From positions 124,001 through 188,000 of the forward strand of contig JBEWZL010000123.1 of NCBI GenBank assembly GCA_045837725.1: a stretch of DNA of 64,000 bases, given 5' to 3'. Under the pieces are notes generated by a model. It was not told the origin of the DNA. It saw only the letters and a list, made by a program, of their open reading frames with translations, and made no database searches. Of this stretch, positions 12,650-25,211 are shown one piece after another; the stretch's first letter is position 1, and every line of letters starts with the position of its first letter. Both the position numbers and the translations under genes were made by a program. The stretch is from Vermamoeba vermiformis (taxonomy: Eukaryota).

Positions 12650-12837
12650 GGTGTTATTAATTGCAGGTCTAATCGAATTTGAAACAAATTATTCGTGGCC
12701 AGGCATTTTAATTTTTGGGTGTCCCGCGAATTTTTGACCATCAAATTTTGTGCGCGCCATTTACATTCTGCGATGAACTGCAATTATAATTCTATTTTCT
12801 TGACTTGTGAGAACAATACCATTGTATAATTCTACAA

Positions 12838-13328
12838 ATGGCTGACGAACAAAACACCCACGAAGGAGGCGAAGATAAAGGTGCCAGCGAGCACATCAAC
12901 TTGAAAGTTGTTTCGCAGGTAATTTTTTTGTTTTTCTAGTTATTATTGTTTTCTATAATTTCAATTTTTCTCATCGTGCAGTAATTTACATTATATTTTT
13001 AGGACGGCAGCGAAGTTTATTTTAAAATTAAAAAAACGACTCAATTACGCAAATTGATGGATGCGTACTGCTCACGCCAAGCAATTAACCCCAACTCAAT
13101 TCGTTTCTTGTTTGATGGTCAACGAGTGCGCGAAGACCAAACACCCAAGGAGGTATGTCACTCGTCCACTATCATGACTGAACTGACTGACGCGTTTGTA
13201 GCTCGGCATGGAGGACAACGATGTGATTGACGCTGTATTGCAACAAACGGTGCGTAGTAGTAGTGCTGTATATGGACACTATAGGACCCACATAACTGAC
13301 GTGTATTCGTTGATAGGGCGGTCACTAA
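12838..13328 (+). CDS. SMT3: SUMO; 4 exons
   Basis: Spliced product MADEQNTHEGGEDKGASEHINLKVVSQ/DGSEVYFKIKKTTQLRKLMDAYC..IRFLFDGQRVREDQTPKE/LGMEDNDVIDAVLQQT/GGH*. Confidence 0.96.
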
Positions 13329-13549
13329 TCGGTGCCTTTAATTCGTACATAGCTGTTATAAATAAATTCTCTTTATTCCAAGTGCTTATTCTCCCTGTTG
13401 TCCTAATGTCTGTTATTATCCCCCTCCTAGTGCTGCTGCAGTGTCGTTGCTGTTGTGCTCAAAATGAGCACACGTGTTTTATTTTGTTATTATTAATATC
13501 TGCTGTTGACCACAACACAATCGGGTGCTACTTTAGTATATTAACGACT

Positions 13550-14992
13550 ATGACTTCCAAAGTGCGCGTGGCTATTATAGGCTCAGGTGTCGTAGCTTAT
13601 TGCATAATTATGAACAGCTTTATTCGCACCGTCTCAGCCAACATTAATATTAATATTCAATTAACTAGGCTGGGGTGTTAAAGTACAATATGCTGCATTT
13701 AAGCACGCAGGACTCGAAGTCGCAGCGCTGTGGTGCAGATCTGAGGACAAAGTTGATGGTTTGAAAAGTCAGTTCAAAGATGTTGCACTCGTCACCAGTG
13801 ACTATGCGAGCATATTAGCCGAGCCATCTATTCAACTGGTAAGTGACAGCGCGCAGCACGACTGACTCACTGTGCGCACCAGATCTCCATCACCACACCC
13901 CCGCACCTGCATCGCGACATGTCGATTCAAGCACTGCGCGCAGGCAAGCATGTCTTGTGCGACAAACCCACGTGTTTGAACCGCGTTGAAGGTACGTCAC
14001 GTGCTGGACTGACTAGTGCACTAGTGACTGACTGACCCTCGCACTGACAGCGGAAGAGATGTGTCGCGAGGCTGCAGCACATCCCTCACAACTCGCGCTG
14101 ATCGATCACGAGCTCAGGTAACACGTGTCACGCGCGGAGATGAGTCATTGACACGTGTCAGGTATCTTGCACCGTACATCAGGGCCAGAGAACTCGTGGC
14201 CCAGGGCGCACTGGGCACAGTGATCCGCATCGACATTGTGGATGTGGTGGTGCCTTCAGGACCTGCCAATGCGTGGTGGTGGGACGCATCGCTCGGCAAG
14301 TGACAGCAGCGAGTAGTGATTAGTAGTAGTGCTGACTAGGCATTAGGTGGTGGACTGTTGGGGGCACTGGGCTCGCACTGCTTTGACTTGGCGTGCTACT
14401 TGACCAGCGACAGCATCGCAGCACTGCACTGTGTGCTCGACATCACGCAGTCACAGCGCGTCACGCGAGGTAAGTAGCGCTGAGAGTTGATTGGTCCGCG
14501 GTCACGTGACTGACATTGCGCGCCAGAGAACACAACAGTGACAGTGACAGCCGACGACTACATGAACATTCAGTTCAGGACTGCTAAAAATAGCCTCGGC
14601 ACCATCACTGGCATCTACAGGTCATTCGGCACGAGTTCACACACGATTACCATATATGGCAGTGAAGGAGTTATCACGTGCGTCGATGGCAAGATGTCTT
14701 GGCACAAAGTCAATGGTCGACTCGTAGAGGAGGTCGTGCAGCCCTCTGCGCCAGCTGGTGAGTGACACGTGTCAAAGTGAGTGTCGTAACTGAACTAATC
14801 GAAGCAGAGCTGCCGGACACCATCTGGGCGGCAGCGTCCATTGAAATCGGCAAGGCCATCAAACTAGCCCTCGAGGCCGGTGATCGTCAGGCAGTGTCAC
14901 GTGCCGCGCCGTTCAGTGAAGGGCTCGTGATTCAGTCGCTGCTCGATGCGGCGCGACAATCGCACGCCACACGGCAGTGGATCCAACTCTGA
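13550..14992 (+). CDS. Gfo/Idh/MocA family oxidoreductase (GFOD-like); multi-exon
   Basis: MTSKVRVAIIGSGWG Rossmann start, ITTPPHLH..ALRAGKHVLCDKP, IDHELRY, WWWDASLGGGLLGALGSH. Confidence 0.88.
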
Positions 14993-15246
14993 GCAAAAAA
15001 AGAGATTTACGCAACTCCTGGCATACAACGCCTCATATATGAATCAAATGTTGTATGTGTTAAGCTGCGACATAATAAACTGCCAGCAGATGTGCTTGTC
15101 AATCGCGCCTCACACCCGCGCTTGTTTTGCTATGGGATACGCACACTAATTTTAGACAATCTGGCGAACGAGTCTAGCACTGATAACAGGATATAATAGT
15201 AGTCGATAGCACCACAATCAGTTGGCCACTGGGATGCACTTAAGAA

Positions 15247-16217
15247 ATGAGCAAGACTAATGCACCCAGCAATACTACCCCCAAGACACCTCGACCTGGT
15301 GCGAAGCGTATCGAAACAGTTGATACTACACCATTGAGTGCCAAGAAACAAAATACAACCACCATATTCAAGAATTTATATGCATCCCCGTTCAATGTTA
15401 CATGGTAATTAATTTTCAAAATTATTTCCGAACTGAATACTCTATTAATGGTTTGAAACATAATCACCCTAAACCTCGAATAATTTTTTAAAATTCGCAG
15501 GCCCAAGCTGGATGAAGCGACAATGCAGTTAATTAAAATTGAGCTAGCCAAGTAAGTGCCCGACACCAATCTACGCTATTAACACATTTTTAGCGCATTT
15601 GAAGGCATTAGTATGCGGGCACCGAGACAACGAGCCAGTACACGAAGAGAGAGCAGATCTGCGGCACAAGACAGCAAAGAAACCGAGTCCGCAGAGCCTG
15701 CAACAAAACGACGCAAAATTGAGCACCAAGATGATAGCGCGAGTGCCCAAGTGAAGCAGATTCGCTCAGAGCTCGTGTTTGGATTGAATCAAGTGACGCG
15801 TGGTCTGGAAAAAGAGTCGCTCAAGCTCGTCATTGTGAGCAAGGACATTCAAGCGCAGATTGTCATTCAACACTTGCCTGTACTCGCACAGCTGCACCAC
15901 ACGCCACTGTGCTTGTTGGACATGTCTTCTGAAGAGTTAGGTGCTGTTTTTGGCTTGCGTACTGTCATCGCAGTCGGCGTGAAGGTAAGTGTCAAATGGA
16001 GTGTTGCAACAGACTGACAGGTGTCATTGTTTAGAACAAGACAGTGCTGAGCACACCACGCCTGGATGAGCTAGTGACAAAGATCATCAAGAGAACTCCT
16101 CCCGTGCAATTAGACTGGCTGCCAAGTGACGGTGTCAAAGTGTCACCTGAACCAACACTGCAAAACCTGCAAGTCACCAAGATGAGCTACCAATCCAAGC
16201 CTAAACCAGCTAAATAG
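15247..16217 (+). CDS. RPP38: RNase P/MRP subunit Rpp38/Pop3-like (L7Ae fold)
   Basis: N-terminal SPFNVTWP motif followed by the L7Ae core ELVFGLNQVTRGLEKESLKLVIVSKD..HLPVLA..LGAVFGLRTVIAVGVK. Confidence 0.72.
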
Positions 16218-16322
16218 ACAGCATGTGTTATTTGCTTCATGTACATAAAATATCTGTAAATAGAACACAACGCAGTAGTGAATTTTTAACTTATTTTTTA
16301 ATTTTGTTAACACGCGCGGTGC

Positions 16323-17425
16323 TTAGAAGTCATCACCGAAGAGACCACCGACTTCAACAGCTTCTTCTTCTTCTTCCTTGGGCTTCTCTTCCTCAACAGG
16401 AGCAGCAGTGGAGCCACCAGAGGGAGCAGCGGTGACGGCGCCAGGGTTGGCAGCGGCGTTCTTGAAGCGATCAGCGAGCTTGAAAGAAATATCTGTAGCC
16501 ATAGCAATAGCCAAAACGTTCTTGAAACCAGCGGCGATGGTGTGAGGCAAAGAGGCAATGTTGGGGATACCAATAGCCAAAGAGACGGAAGCAACTTGGC
16601 GCAAACCAGCAGCGAAGTGGCCCAAAATTTGCTCGTCAGTGATTTCGAGGATAGCATCGTCGTACATTTGACCGTTGTCATAGACAGTCTTGGTTTGGAG
16701 ACCGTATGAGAAAGGCTTAATGTTCAACATTTGAAGCAAAGTGGCTTCAGAAGAGCCAACCTTGTCACCCTTCTTAATCAAGACCAACTCGTTGATAATT
16801 TCAATTTGACCTCTGTTAATCTTGGTGGGGATGTTGAGGGCTTGGAAGAAAGAGGTCTTGGTGGGTTCGAGACCAGTAGTACCGGCCTTGATGGACACAT
16901 CAACGGGGGCGATGGATCCAGCCTTGGCGGGGGCAGCGACTCTTTCGGACAAGAGCTTCTTGCGGACTTGGGAGAGATCGCCCTTAGTGAACACGAGACC
17001 GACTTCACCCTTAACGCAAGGCAACAAGTGTTCCAAAGCGGCGTTCTTCTCGATGTGAGAGCGGATGGCCTTTCGGATCATAGTCTATTGTAATAATACC
17101 ACGTAAGAAAATATCCCATGGCCATTCAATACTTGTATTAGCAATTATAATATACAGTAATTATTGACGAGTGTTTTGAGAAAATATTGAGTCTCGGGAT
17201 CACCAAATTATAATTCGCTTATTAATTGCTGCCACTTACGTTCTTGCCCATAAGAATAACGGCTTCACCGCGAAGGATCTTGCGGATCTTTTGCATGTGG
17301 TGAGAGCCGACGTTGGAGCATTGGACGATCAAAATCTTGGGGTACTCATCCAAGAGGTTGCTCAACTTAGCGAAGTATTCTTGCTTTCGCTCAAACTTGG
17401 AGTTGCTTTTGCCAGAGTCTGCCAT
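16323..17425 (-). CDS. RPLP0: 60S acidic ribosomal protein P0 (uL10)
   Basis: [45 protein letters not shown], and acidic C-terminus [16 protein letters not shown]. Confidence 0.97.
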
Positions 17426-17960
17426 TATTCTTCAAAAAAAACAATACGATTAATAATTGAGATATTATTGTAAAATAATAATAGAAAATAACTCTATAAT
17501 TTAATTAAAACTTCGCATCGTTGCCTATATGTTATTGTTGGATTATTGTTTTATTATTATATTTTTCCTCGTCGTAAGAACATTAAGTTCATCCTTCATA
17601 AGCTAATCCTCCGATGCGATTACAATAAATGCAATTCTTCGCAACAACCACTCTTTGTGCTAGCATACTTACAATTTACAAGAGCTTATGTGATTGTCCG
17701 TGGTCTAACAGGATAAATAGTACCAACAAAAGTAGGAAGGGCTGGACTAGGAATTGTTCGGGAACCCAATTTTCATCTCGTCTCTGATTGGTCAGTTTAT
17801 TTTGGCCAACATTTTGGCCCAAAATCCCACAACCACAATCTCCTCTCATGCACGTCTCTTCGGCATCGAGACAGTGTGACTAGGTTAAAATTGGCCGCAA
17901 ATTTATGATACAATGTTTTTATTCGCTCGAACGCGATCTGTACAGATGTGTGTGAAGTCT

Positions 17961-19311
17961 TTAACAGAACTTCCAGCGATTGCCGCAATTAATGCACTCC
18001 ACGAAAGTAGTCATAGGCTCGTCAGCAGACCTGGTTTGCATTTGGAAGTAGGTGGTCTTGTTCTGCTTGCACTTGCTGCAGGTGAATTGCGTGCAAGTCG
18101 CTTCTTTCACTCCACGCAAGCGCGTCTTCTCGTTCTCCTTGTGAATGGCTTGCATTTCTTTCTGCAGCTCGGGATTGGCGAGTTCCTAAGTCAAAGTCAG
18201 TCATACGTCATTGAACGCAAAGGCAATTCGAAACAAAGGCCTAATATTTCATTCGTCTTACCGCGTTGCTCATGTTGCACAATGTGTGCGCTGAGACATC
18301 AGAAGACAACAGCTTGTCGCGCAGCTGTTGATTCTTGGTGTCGTTGATGTTGAACCACAGCGTGCGGAATTTCTCTTTGTACTCTTTGGTGATGCCTTTG
18401 TACATGAAGAACAGCTCTGGCATGCACATTAGATGCATTGTTATATGATTGCACTGGCTATATTACCTTCTTCAATCTCTGCTGCTACCCGTTCTACCGC
18501 GTCGAGAAGTGTTGCATCCGCTGTCCAACAACATTAGTACTACTCACTACTCGCGCGATGTTACATACATTGTTGTTTTTTCAACGCTTCGGCAAACTTT
18601 TTAATGGCTGCAATGCGTGACGGGTCAGTGGTGGTCAACACTTCAAATTTGGAAGAGGTGTTAGTGACACCGTTCTTCTCGCTCTTCACTTCACTAGGCA
18701 CTGAATCGCTCTTAACAGGTTCAGTCTTAACAAGTTCAGTCTTGACAGGTTCGTTTTTGACAACAGCTTCTTGTTTGACAGGTGTCTTGTCTTCTGACTT
18801 GACTTCGTTCTTCACGACACCGCCGCTCGCGTTCAATTTCACCACGCCTTCGTTCTCATTCGCGCGTCGCTTCACATCTTTGCCGTCAGTCTCCTCCTCA
18901 TCGCGTTTGCGTTTTAGATCCGCTGCACTGGGCTTGTCATCGCTCGTGGCTGAGCTAGTGACCAGTGACTTCCACTGTGCGATCAGATCTGAGGACAATT
19001 TGGAGATAGTCTCGCTGCCTTCTTTTTTCAATTTAGCCAATGCAATGCCTAATTTAGTTTCCTACAATTGGCAACGAGAAATTAGTTGCGTAATTTTCTA
19101 GAAGAATTGAAAAAATAATTATTTACCGATAATATTCCTATAGTCATAGTCACTGACTGCAATTTGTTCAGTACATCGATTATACCAGCTTCCTATTTAA
19201 ATAAAAATTATGAAAAAATATTTTTTTCGTGGATCCATGTTTGCAACTAACATTTTCTTTGGTTTTAAGGTATGCCATAATATCGGCCTTGTATTTTTTT
19301 ACATCCTCCAT
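17961..19311 (-). CDS. TCEA1: Transcription elongation factor TFIIS
   Basis: C-terminal zinc ribbon [41 protein letters not shown], central [21 protein letters not shown], and N-terminal LW-type domain. Confidence 0.95.
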
Positions 19312-19474
19312 ACTGCCGAGTGTTGTAGAGTTTAGTGTACTAATGTTGTGTTGTTCTTACGGGCAGCAAGGGTGAATGATCCGACGACTTTTATTGCCGT
19401 TTGTTTGGCCAAATTCTGTTCGGGACTACTGGTCTTATTGTCGCTCTATTCAACAGTGAAGTTCAAGAGGAGAC

Positions 19475-20508
19475 ATGAGTCAACACGGTCAATTAAATAC
19501 AGTCAAGAAAGATCCGTCGAAAGGCAAAGATGAGCACCTGTACAAGGTGAGGGCATTATATTATACCAGAGCATATCAATTAATTATATTATGCCATATT
19601 GTACCAATTAAACAATAGACTTGATAGTTGGAAATTGATTAACGTCAAGATAGAAAATTACGTTGATTAATCAATTAGATATTTACTTAATATTTATGCA
19701 CAAATAGGTGATAGTAATAGGAGATTACGCAGTTGGCAAGACAAGTCTAATTAAGCGATATTGCGAGGGCTATTTCACTCCAAATTACAAATTGACAATC
19801 GGTGTTGACTTTGCCGTCAAATCTTTGGACTGGGACGACAACACTAAGATCACATTGCAATTGTGGGACGTTGCTGGTCACGAGCGGTGCGTATATTCAA
19901 TATTTCTCAACTGATTCCGTTTGGATCGGCAGATCGTGCAATATTTAACGTTGATAATGATAGATTTGGCACAATGACACGCGTTTATTACAAATATGCT
20001 ATTGCGGGTATAATTGGTAGGTTTTGATCGTGTATTGAAGCAATATTAACTAGCGCAGTTTTCGATCTGTCGCGACCAGCGACTTTTGAAGCAGTAAGCA
20101 AGTGGCAAGAAGACGTTAATAATAAAGTAGTGCTCGCCAACGAAGAGCCTATTCCGTTGTTATTATTGGCAAACAAGGTCAGTCTTAAACGAGTTAATCT
20201 CTCATTACTCCATCGTGTACTGACATCAGATCTGCTCTCAGTGCGACATTGCGGACCCTAAAATAGACAAGGATACTCTCGATGAATATGCGCGCAGTCA
20301 TGGCTTCATTGGCTGGTACTACACTTCTGCGCAAGACAACACCAACATAGACGATGCGATGAACTTCTTAGTGCGCAAGATACTCGAAGTCGCGCAGAGC
20401 AACAAGCCCCGCGCACCTGAAGAGACAGTAGTGTTGAGCAGCAGCGAGGCACAAGACAATCCTGTGGATGTGTACGAGCGACAGGAGAAGGCCACTTGTT
20501 GCTCGTAA
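19475..20508 (+). CDS. RAB32: Rab32/38-family small GTPase
   Basis: EHLYKVIVIGDYAVGKTS, YKLTIGVDFA, LQLWDVAGHERFGTMTRVYYKYA, LLLANKCD, YTSA, and C-terminal CCS prenylation motif. Confidence 0.88.
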
Positions 20509-20734
20509 TGCCGTGTATGTTAATTGTGTAATAAAGTATCTTATAATGTATTTAGTCGCATATCATCGAGCTATAATCAATGCAGGTCGCTGAATGACAC
20601 TCAACACAAATTGAATGCCGATACTGTAACCTGCCAAATATAACTGACAGTGGAAGTCTGACATTTTATCGAGCAATTGACTGGAGACACCACATACGTG
20701 ATATTACATACAAAACGATCTGTTAAAAGCGCAT

Positions 20735-23700
20735 ATGACAGATCGTAGTCGTCCTCGTCGCGGTTCGCGCGATCGGTCCTATGAACGAAGATCGCGCTAC
20801 AACAACGAGAACAAATTCCATGACGATAATGCATCGAATAACAATGCGTAAGTATTAACTGCTGCTTGATAAAAAATTAACTGTTTAAGTTAGAATTTAA
20901 AAATAATTATTCAGCATATTAATTAAATTTCCAAGTCCCCACAAGTAGCGCTTTTAACGCTGATTATACTATTAGCAAGCTCAACACTACTGCTGACAAT
21001 AAGCGCAAGAGGAGTGACAGTGACAGCAGAGGACGAAAGCGCGCCAAGTTCAGTGAAGACAAGTCACGTGACCGCAATTCAGTGAACGGTGTGCCAGGCC
21101 TGGATTGGTGCACGTGCGAGGGCCGACTGAGTGATCGACGCGACACCAAGTCCATCTTCAATCACGCACTCCCGGGCGAGGAGTTCATCGCACCGTGTCC
21201 AGAGAGTTTCCAAATTAGGCAATTAGTGGAGCAGGGTCGACTGCACGTGTACGCAGTCACAATCTCCCCTGCAATCTCGCCTGATTGGCCGCGCACACGA
21301 TTCAGCGTGGAGGACAAAGAGTTCGTGTTCGATGGCTTCTACTTACTGGCACATCACGTGATCAATGTAAGAGAGCATTGCCTAATTTGGTAACTGACTG
21401 ACAGGTGTCAACAGGTGACTGACATGCAGTTCACGCACCTCGGCAATGAATGTCAGCTCAAGCTCGAGTCCGTGGCCCTGGAAGAGCTGGAGATTGCGGT
21501 GGAGATTGCAGACCTCGAGTGGAGCTACAAATATCTGTTCACTGAACTGCTCGGCTACTCCGACTTTGTCAAGTGGACCTGCAAATATCCTGGCGCATTC
21601 ACCACTCCGCGCACTCGTCACGTGCACGGCTGTCGGAGATTTCATTTCTATCCCAAGTTCGTGCATGACGCGGCTAAAAATAGTCCGCTGTCACTGCGCG
21701 ATCTCCGCCGTGTGATTCAAAGTCAATCAGGGCGCAATGTGTGGCACGTCATGTCGCACGAGGCACGTGATCAGCTGCGCGGGCAGTTGGTGCGGCATGA
21801 GGGGCGCTGTTACCGCGTGGATCACGTGGATGCGATGAGTGCCACGCTGCTGCACCAAGTCACGTGCTTCACGCACTACGAGCCAGTGTTTCGTCGCACG
21901 GAGCGCAAGGGCGGACATCAGCTGTTCAAACTCACCGCGCGTGCTGATCGAGGCCCTCGCGAGCTCAAGCTGCTCTCTGACAGGTGTCTCACGACTGCAA
22001 TCTCCGCTGATCTCGCGCACGTGGCCAGTCTCTTGCCGTCCCTGGTCTATCACTTGCGTCTGCATGCCGCACTGCACCGCGTCGAGCACGTGATTGGCGT
22101 GCAGTTCAGTGACCGCACACTGCTGCACCACGTGATCATTCATCCCTCGTACTGGGAGTGCATTGACGCTGCGGCCAGAGAACTGCGTGACGTCACCTCG
22201 CGTGTCACGTGGTGGGGCGTGTCACCGTCGTTCAGTGAACCAACTGTCACTGCCCTACCTGTGCGCAAGAGGCGCAGTGTGACACATCTCGACAGCGAGA
22301 TTTGGGAGCAGTTCTCGGGCAATCAGCGACTCGAATTCCTCGGCGATGCAGTGCTCGAATTTGTGGTCTCCACGCACCTGTTCATGCTGGTAAGTGTTTG
22401 ACATGTCACGTGGTCGCGACTGACACCTGTCACATAGTTGTCGGAGCACAAGGCCGGCGAGCTGAGCACCTTTCGGGCAGGGCTGGTCAACAACAAAGTG
22501 CTGTGTCACCTGGCACAACAACTCGAACTCGATCGACTCGTGACACACGTCTATCACCGCGAGCTGATCGACGACACCAAGAGCTATCAGAGTGTGGTCG
22601 GGGACTGCTACGAGTCACTGCTCGGGGCCATTTATCTCGACCAGGGCCTCATTGCTGTCCGCGAATTCTTCACGCGCTGTCTGTTCATGAACGACGAGGA
22701 TCGCGAGGCCCTCGGTGCACTGTGGCAAACACCGCCGTCCATGTCCCAGGCCCTGCTGTCCAGTCCGCAGCTGAGTGCAGGTGCAGGGTACAGCGCGACA
22801 CTGCAGCGCTTAGAGGCCCTGGAAGAGCTGACAGGTCTCGTGTTTCAGAACAAACTGCTGCTCGCTGCGGCATTCACGCACCCCTCTGTGGGCACCAATG
22901 CCTCGCTGGACATGCTCAACATTGGCAGCAATCAACGGTAGGGAGTGCCATGTGACACATGTCAATACTAATCACGCGTCAACAGATTGGAATTCCTCGG
23001 CGATTCAGTGCTGCAGCTGGTGGTGAGTCGGTACCTGTTCAATCGCTTCCCCGAGTACTTTGAGGGCCAGTTGAGTGTAAGTCGAGATCTATTTTTAGCC
23101 ACACATCACGTGACTCACTCGCGCTAGTTGGTGCGCACGACACTGGTGAACAATGAAATGCTGTCGCAAGTGGCACTCGAGCTCGGACTGCACAACTACA
23201 TTCGCTATCTGCCCGGTGAAGCACTGCTCGCGGATGGCCGGGCACACGCGCGCATGTTGGCGGACACCTTCGAGGCCTATCTCGCTGCCATCTACTTGGA
23301 CCGCGGCCTCGTGGTCGTGGAGACCTTTCTCTCCGTGGTCCTCTTCCCACGCCTCGATCACGTGCTCGAAGAACGCTCTTGGCTCGACTCGCGCACTCGT
23401 TTGACACGTGTCGTGTTGAACATCACCAAGTCTCGCACGACACTGCCGACATATCGCGTGACTGGCGAGAGTGGTCCCCCGCACCTCCGCGTGTACACTG
23501 TCACGTGCTTTTTGGCCGACAGACCTCTCGGTCAGGGCCGCGGAATATCTCGAAGTGCCGCGGAACAAGAAGCGGCTAAGAACACCCTGCTGCGCTATGA
23601 ATTTTCTCGCCCTGCCACAGATGTCAAGTCACGTGTCATTGATGTCAACTCCATCGTGTCAGAGAACGTGTCAGAGAATGACACGGCCCTGGTAGAGACG

Positions 23701-23766
23701 AGTGACATGTTGACAGATCTTGGCGAGCCCACTGAGGATGAAGTGCGCGAGATTGATGCGGAATAA
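20735..23766 (+). CDS. DROSHA: Drosha-type class 2 ribonuclease III (RS-rich N-terminus, central domain, 2 RNase III domains, dsRBD)
   Basis: Start [21 protein letters not shown]. Central domain [51 protein letters not shown]. RIIIa [28 protein letters not shown]. RIIIb [37 protein letters not shown]. ds[31 protein letters not shown]. Confidence 0.9.
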
Positions 23767-23872
23767 TTGCCTAATTAGGTAATGGAACATGTTTATATAT
23801 ATTACACTGTACAAATTTGTAAATACACAGATAATACTACTATAGTGATGAGTGCTAAGAAGGATGACTTAA

Positions 23873-25008
23873 CTAAGTATACCTCCAGTACGTGTTGCCA
23901 TAGCTTGCCACCAACTCCTCGCCCGCTCTGATTGGGGCGAGTGTCACGACCACTGAGGTCAGTTTGTCGCTCAGCCACACTTTGTTGAACGACACATTCG
24001 GTGCGGAGCGGATCTGCTTGTAGTCGTTTATGTACCGCGCTTCATTGCCCTATCAATGTCTGTTACTCGACACGCACCACTATATTCAACGAGACTACGC
24101 ACGAGTTGCGCGGCATCAATGACGACGTGGCCAGTGTACTGCGCGTACATGTTGTCGTAGTCGAGCATGTAGTAGGTCTGCTGCACGTGATGGCGCGAGG
24201 CAGTGTAGTGCACGAGTCCGGTGTATTCGCCCACGCACCGCCCTGCAGGCACATCCGTCAATGCGAACAGACCTCGTTGTCCGTAGCAGCTGTAACGCCG
24301 TCAGAACTGGTGGAATATACTCATATACGTACATATGAGCAGGGTCTGTAATCTCTCGTATTTCAGCGATGAGGCCCCACGTAGAAACAGTTTCCCTGAA
24401 CAGATCGGATTCAGCCGCGGTGAAAGAGGCACTCAGCGGCATGTCATATCGCAATGGGGCATTCAATCGCATGTTATTACACGAGATTACGTCGCTATTG
24501 GTCCTCTCAGCTACAATCTCCTCACCAGTTGCGATTGGCTCCACAATTTCGATCAGCACTCGAATTGTACCGGAAATGAATGCTCGATGTAAGCGAATAT
24601 TGTAATTCCTCTTGGAGAACGACATATATCTAGCATTAAATAAGCATTAACATTCGTCATAATTCGGTTGTACCTTGCTTCGTTTGAATTCTGAGTCAGA
24701 TCCAGGTACAAATTTCCGAGGGCAGGTATTGAACACAAATATAGTGCCAATACATCGCCGTCAGTATTTAACTCGTCCCCCTTCACTACAGTGCCAGCTA
24801 CATCACCAAGAAATGCGCCCACAGGCATATCACATCTCGCTTTGAGGAGCCGTCGTTCATGTTCGAGATGAACGGAGACTAGGTCAGTTATATTATATTC
24901 TGTATTGTATTCATTGCGCAGGTCACTCGGAAATTCCTCACTCCATTCCAGTTCTCGCGCGTACCGGACATCCAAGGGCCAGTTTGCTGGCAAAGTTTTG
25001 TAGGCCAT
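23873..25008 (-). CDS. Tandem SET-domain protein (first copy degenerate)
   Basis: Second domain GQRGLFA..VGEYTG..VIDAAQLGNEARYINDY..PIRAGEELVASYGNTYW. First domain FLGDVAG..LDLTQNSNEARY..PIATGEEIV. Confidence 0.75.
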
Positions 25009-25211
25009 CGTTTGCTCACAAGTGCTTCCAGCGATGTATATGGTACCTCCGCCCTATTAACAGTGTCATTAGTACAGTTTTCTGGCTGGTTTTCGGCAAA
25101 CATGTTTGGCTCAAAAAAATTGCGCTGAAATACTGGAGATTATTAGCGCTCTATTCGTTGTACACTGTAGTCATCGAGCAGCACTAGTCTTCCAAACAGA
25201 ATACAGTAAAA

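Noticed and set aside
13208-13681. 157-aa hydrophobic ORF as an independent gene
   Set aside because: It runs through a SUMO exon, intron, 3' UTR and the first exon of the oxidoreductase; better explained by those two genes.
19630-19678. AATTGATTAA/TTAATCAATT inverted repeat in a Rab32 intron as a pre-miRNA
   Set aside because: Short AT-only stem with a large loop; expected by chance in AT-rich introns.
20270-20280. Minus-strand GTATCCTT as a U12 donor
   Set aside because: Lies antisense within a Rab32 coding exon; chance match.
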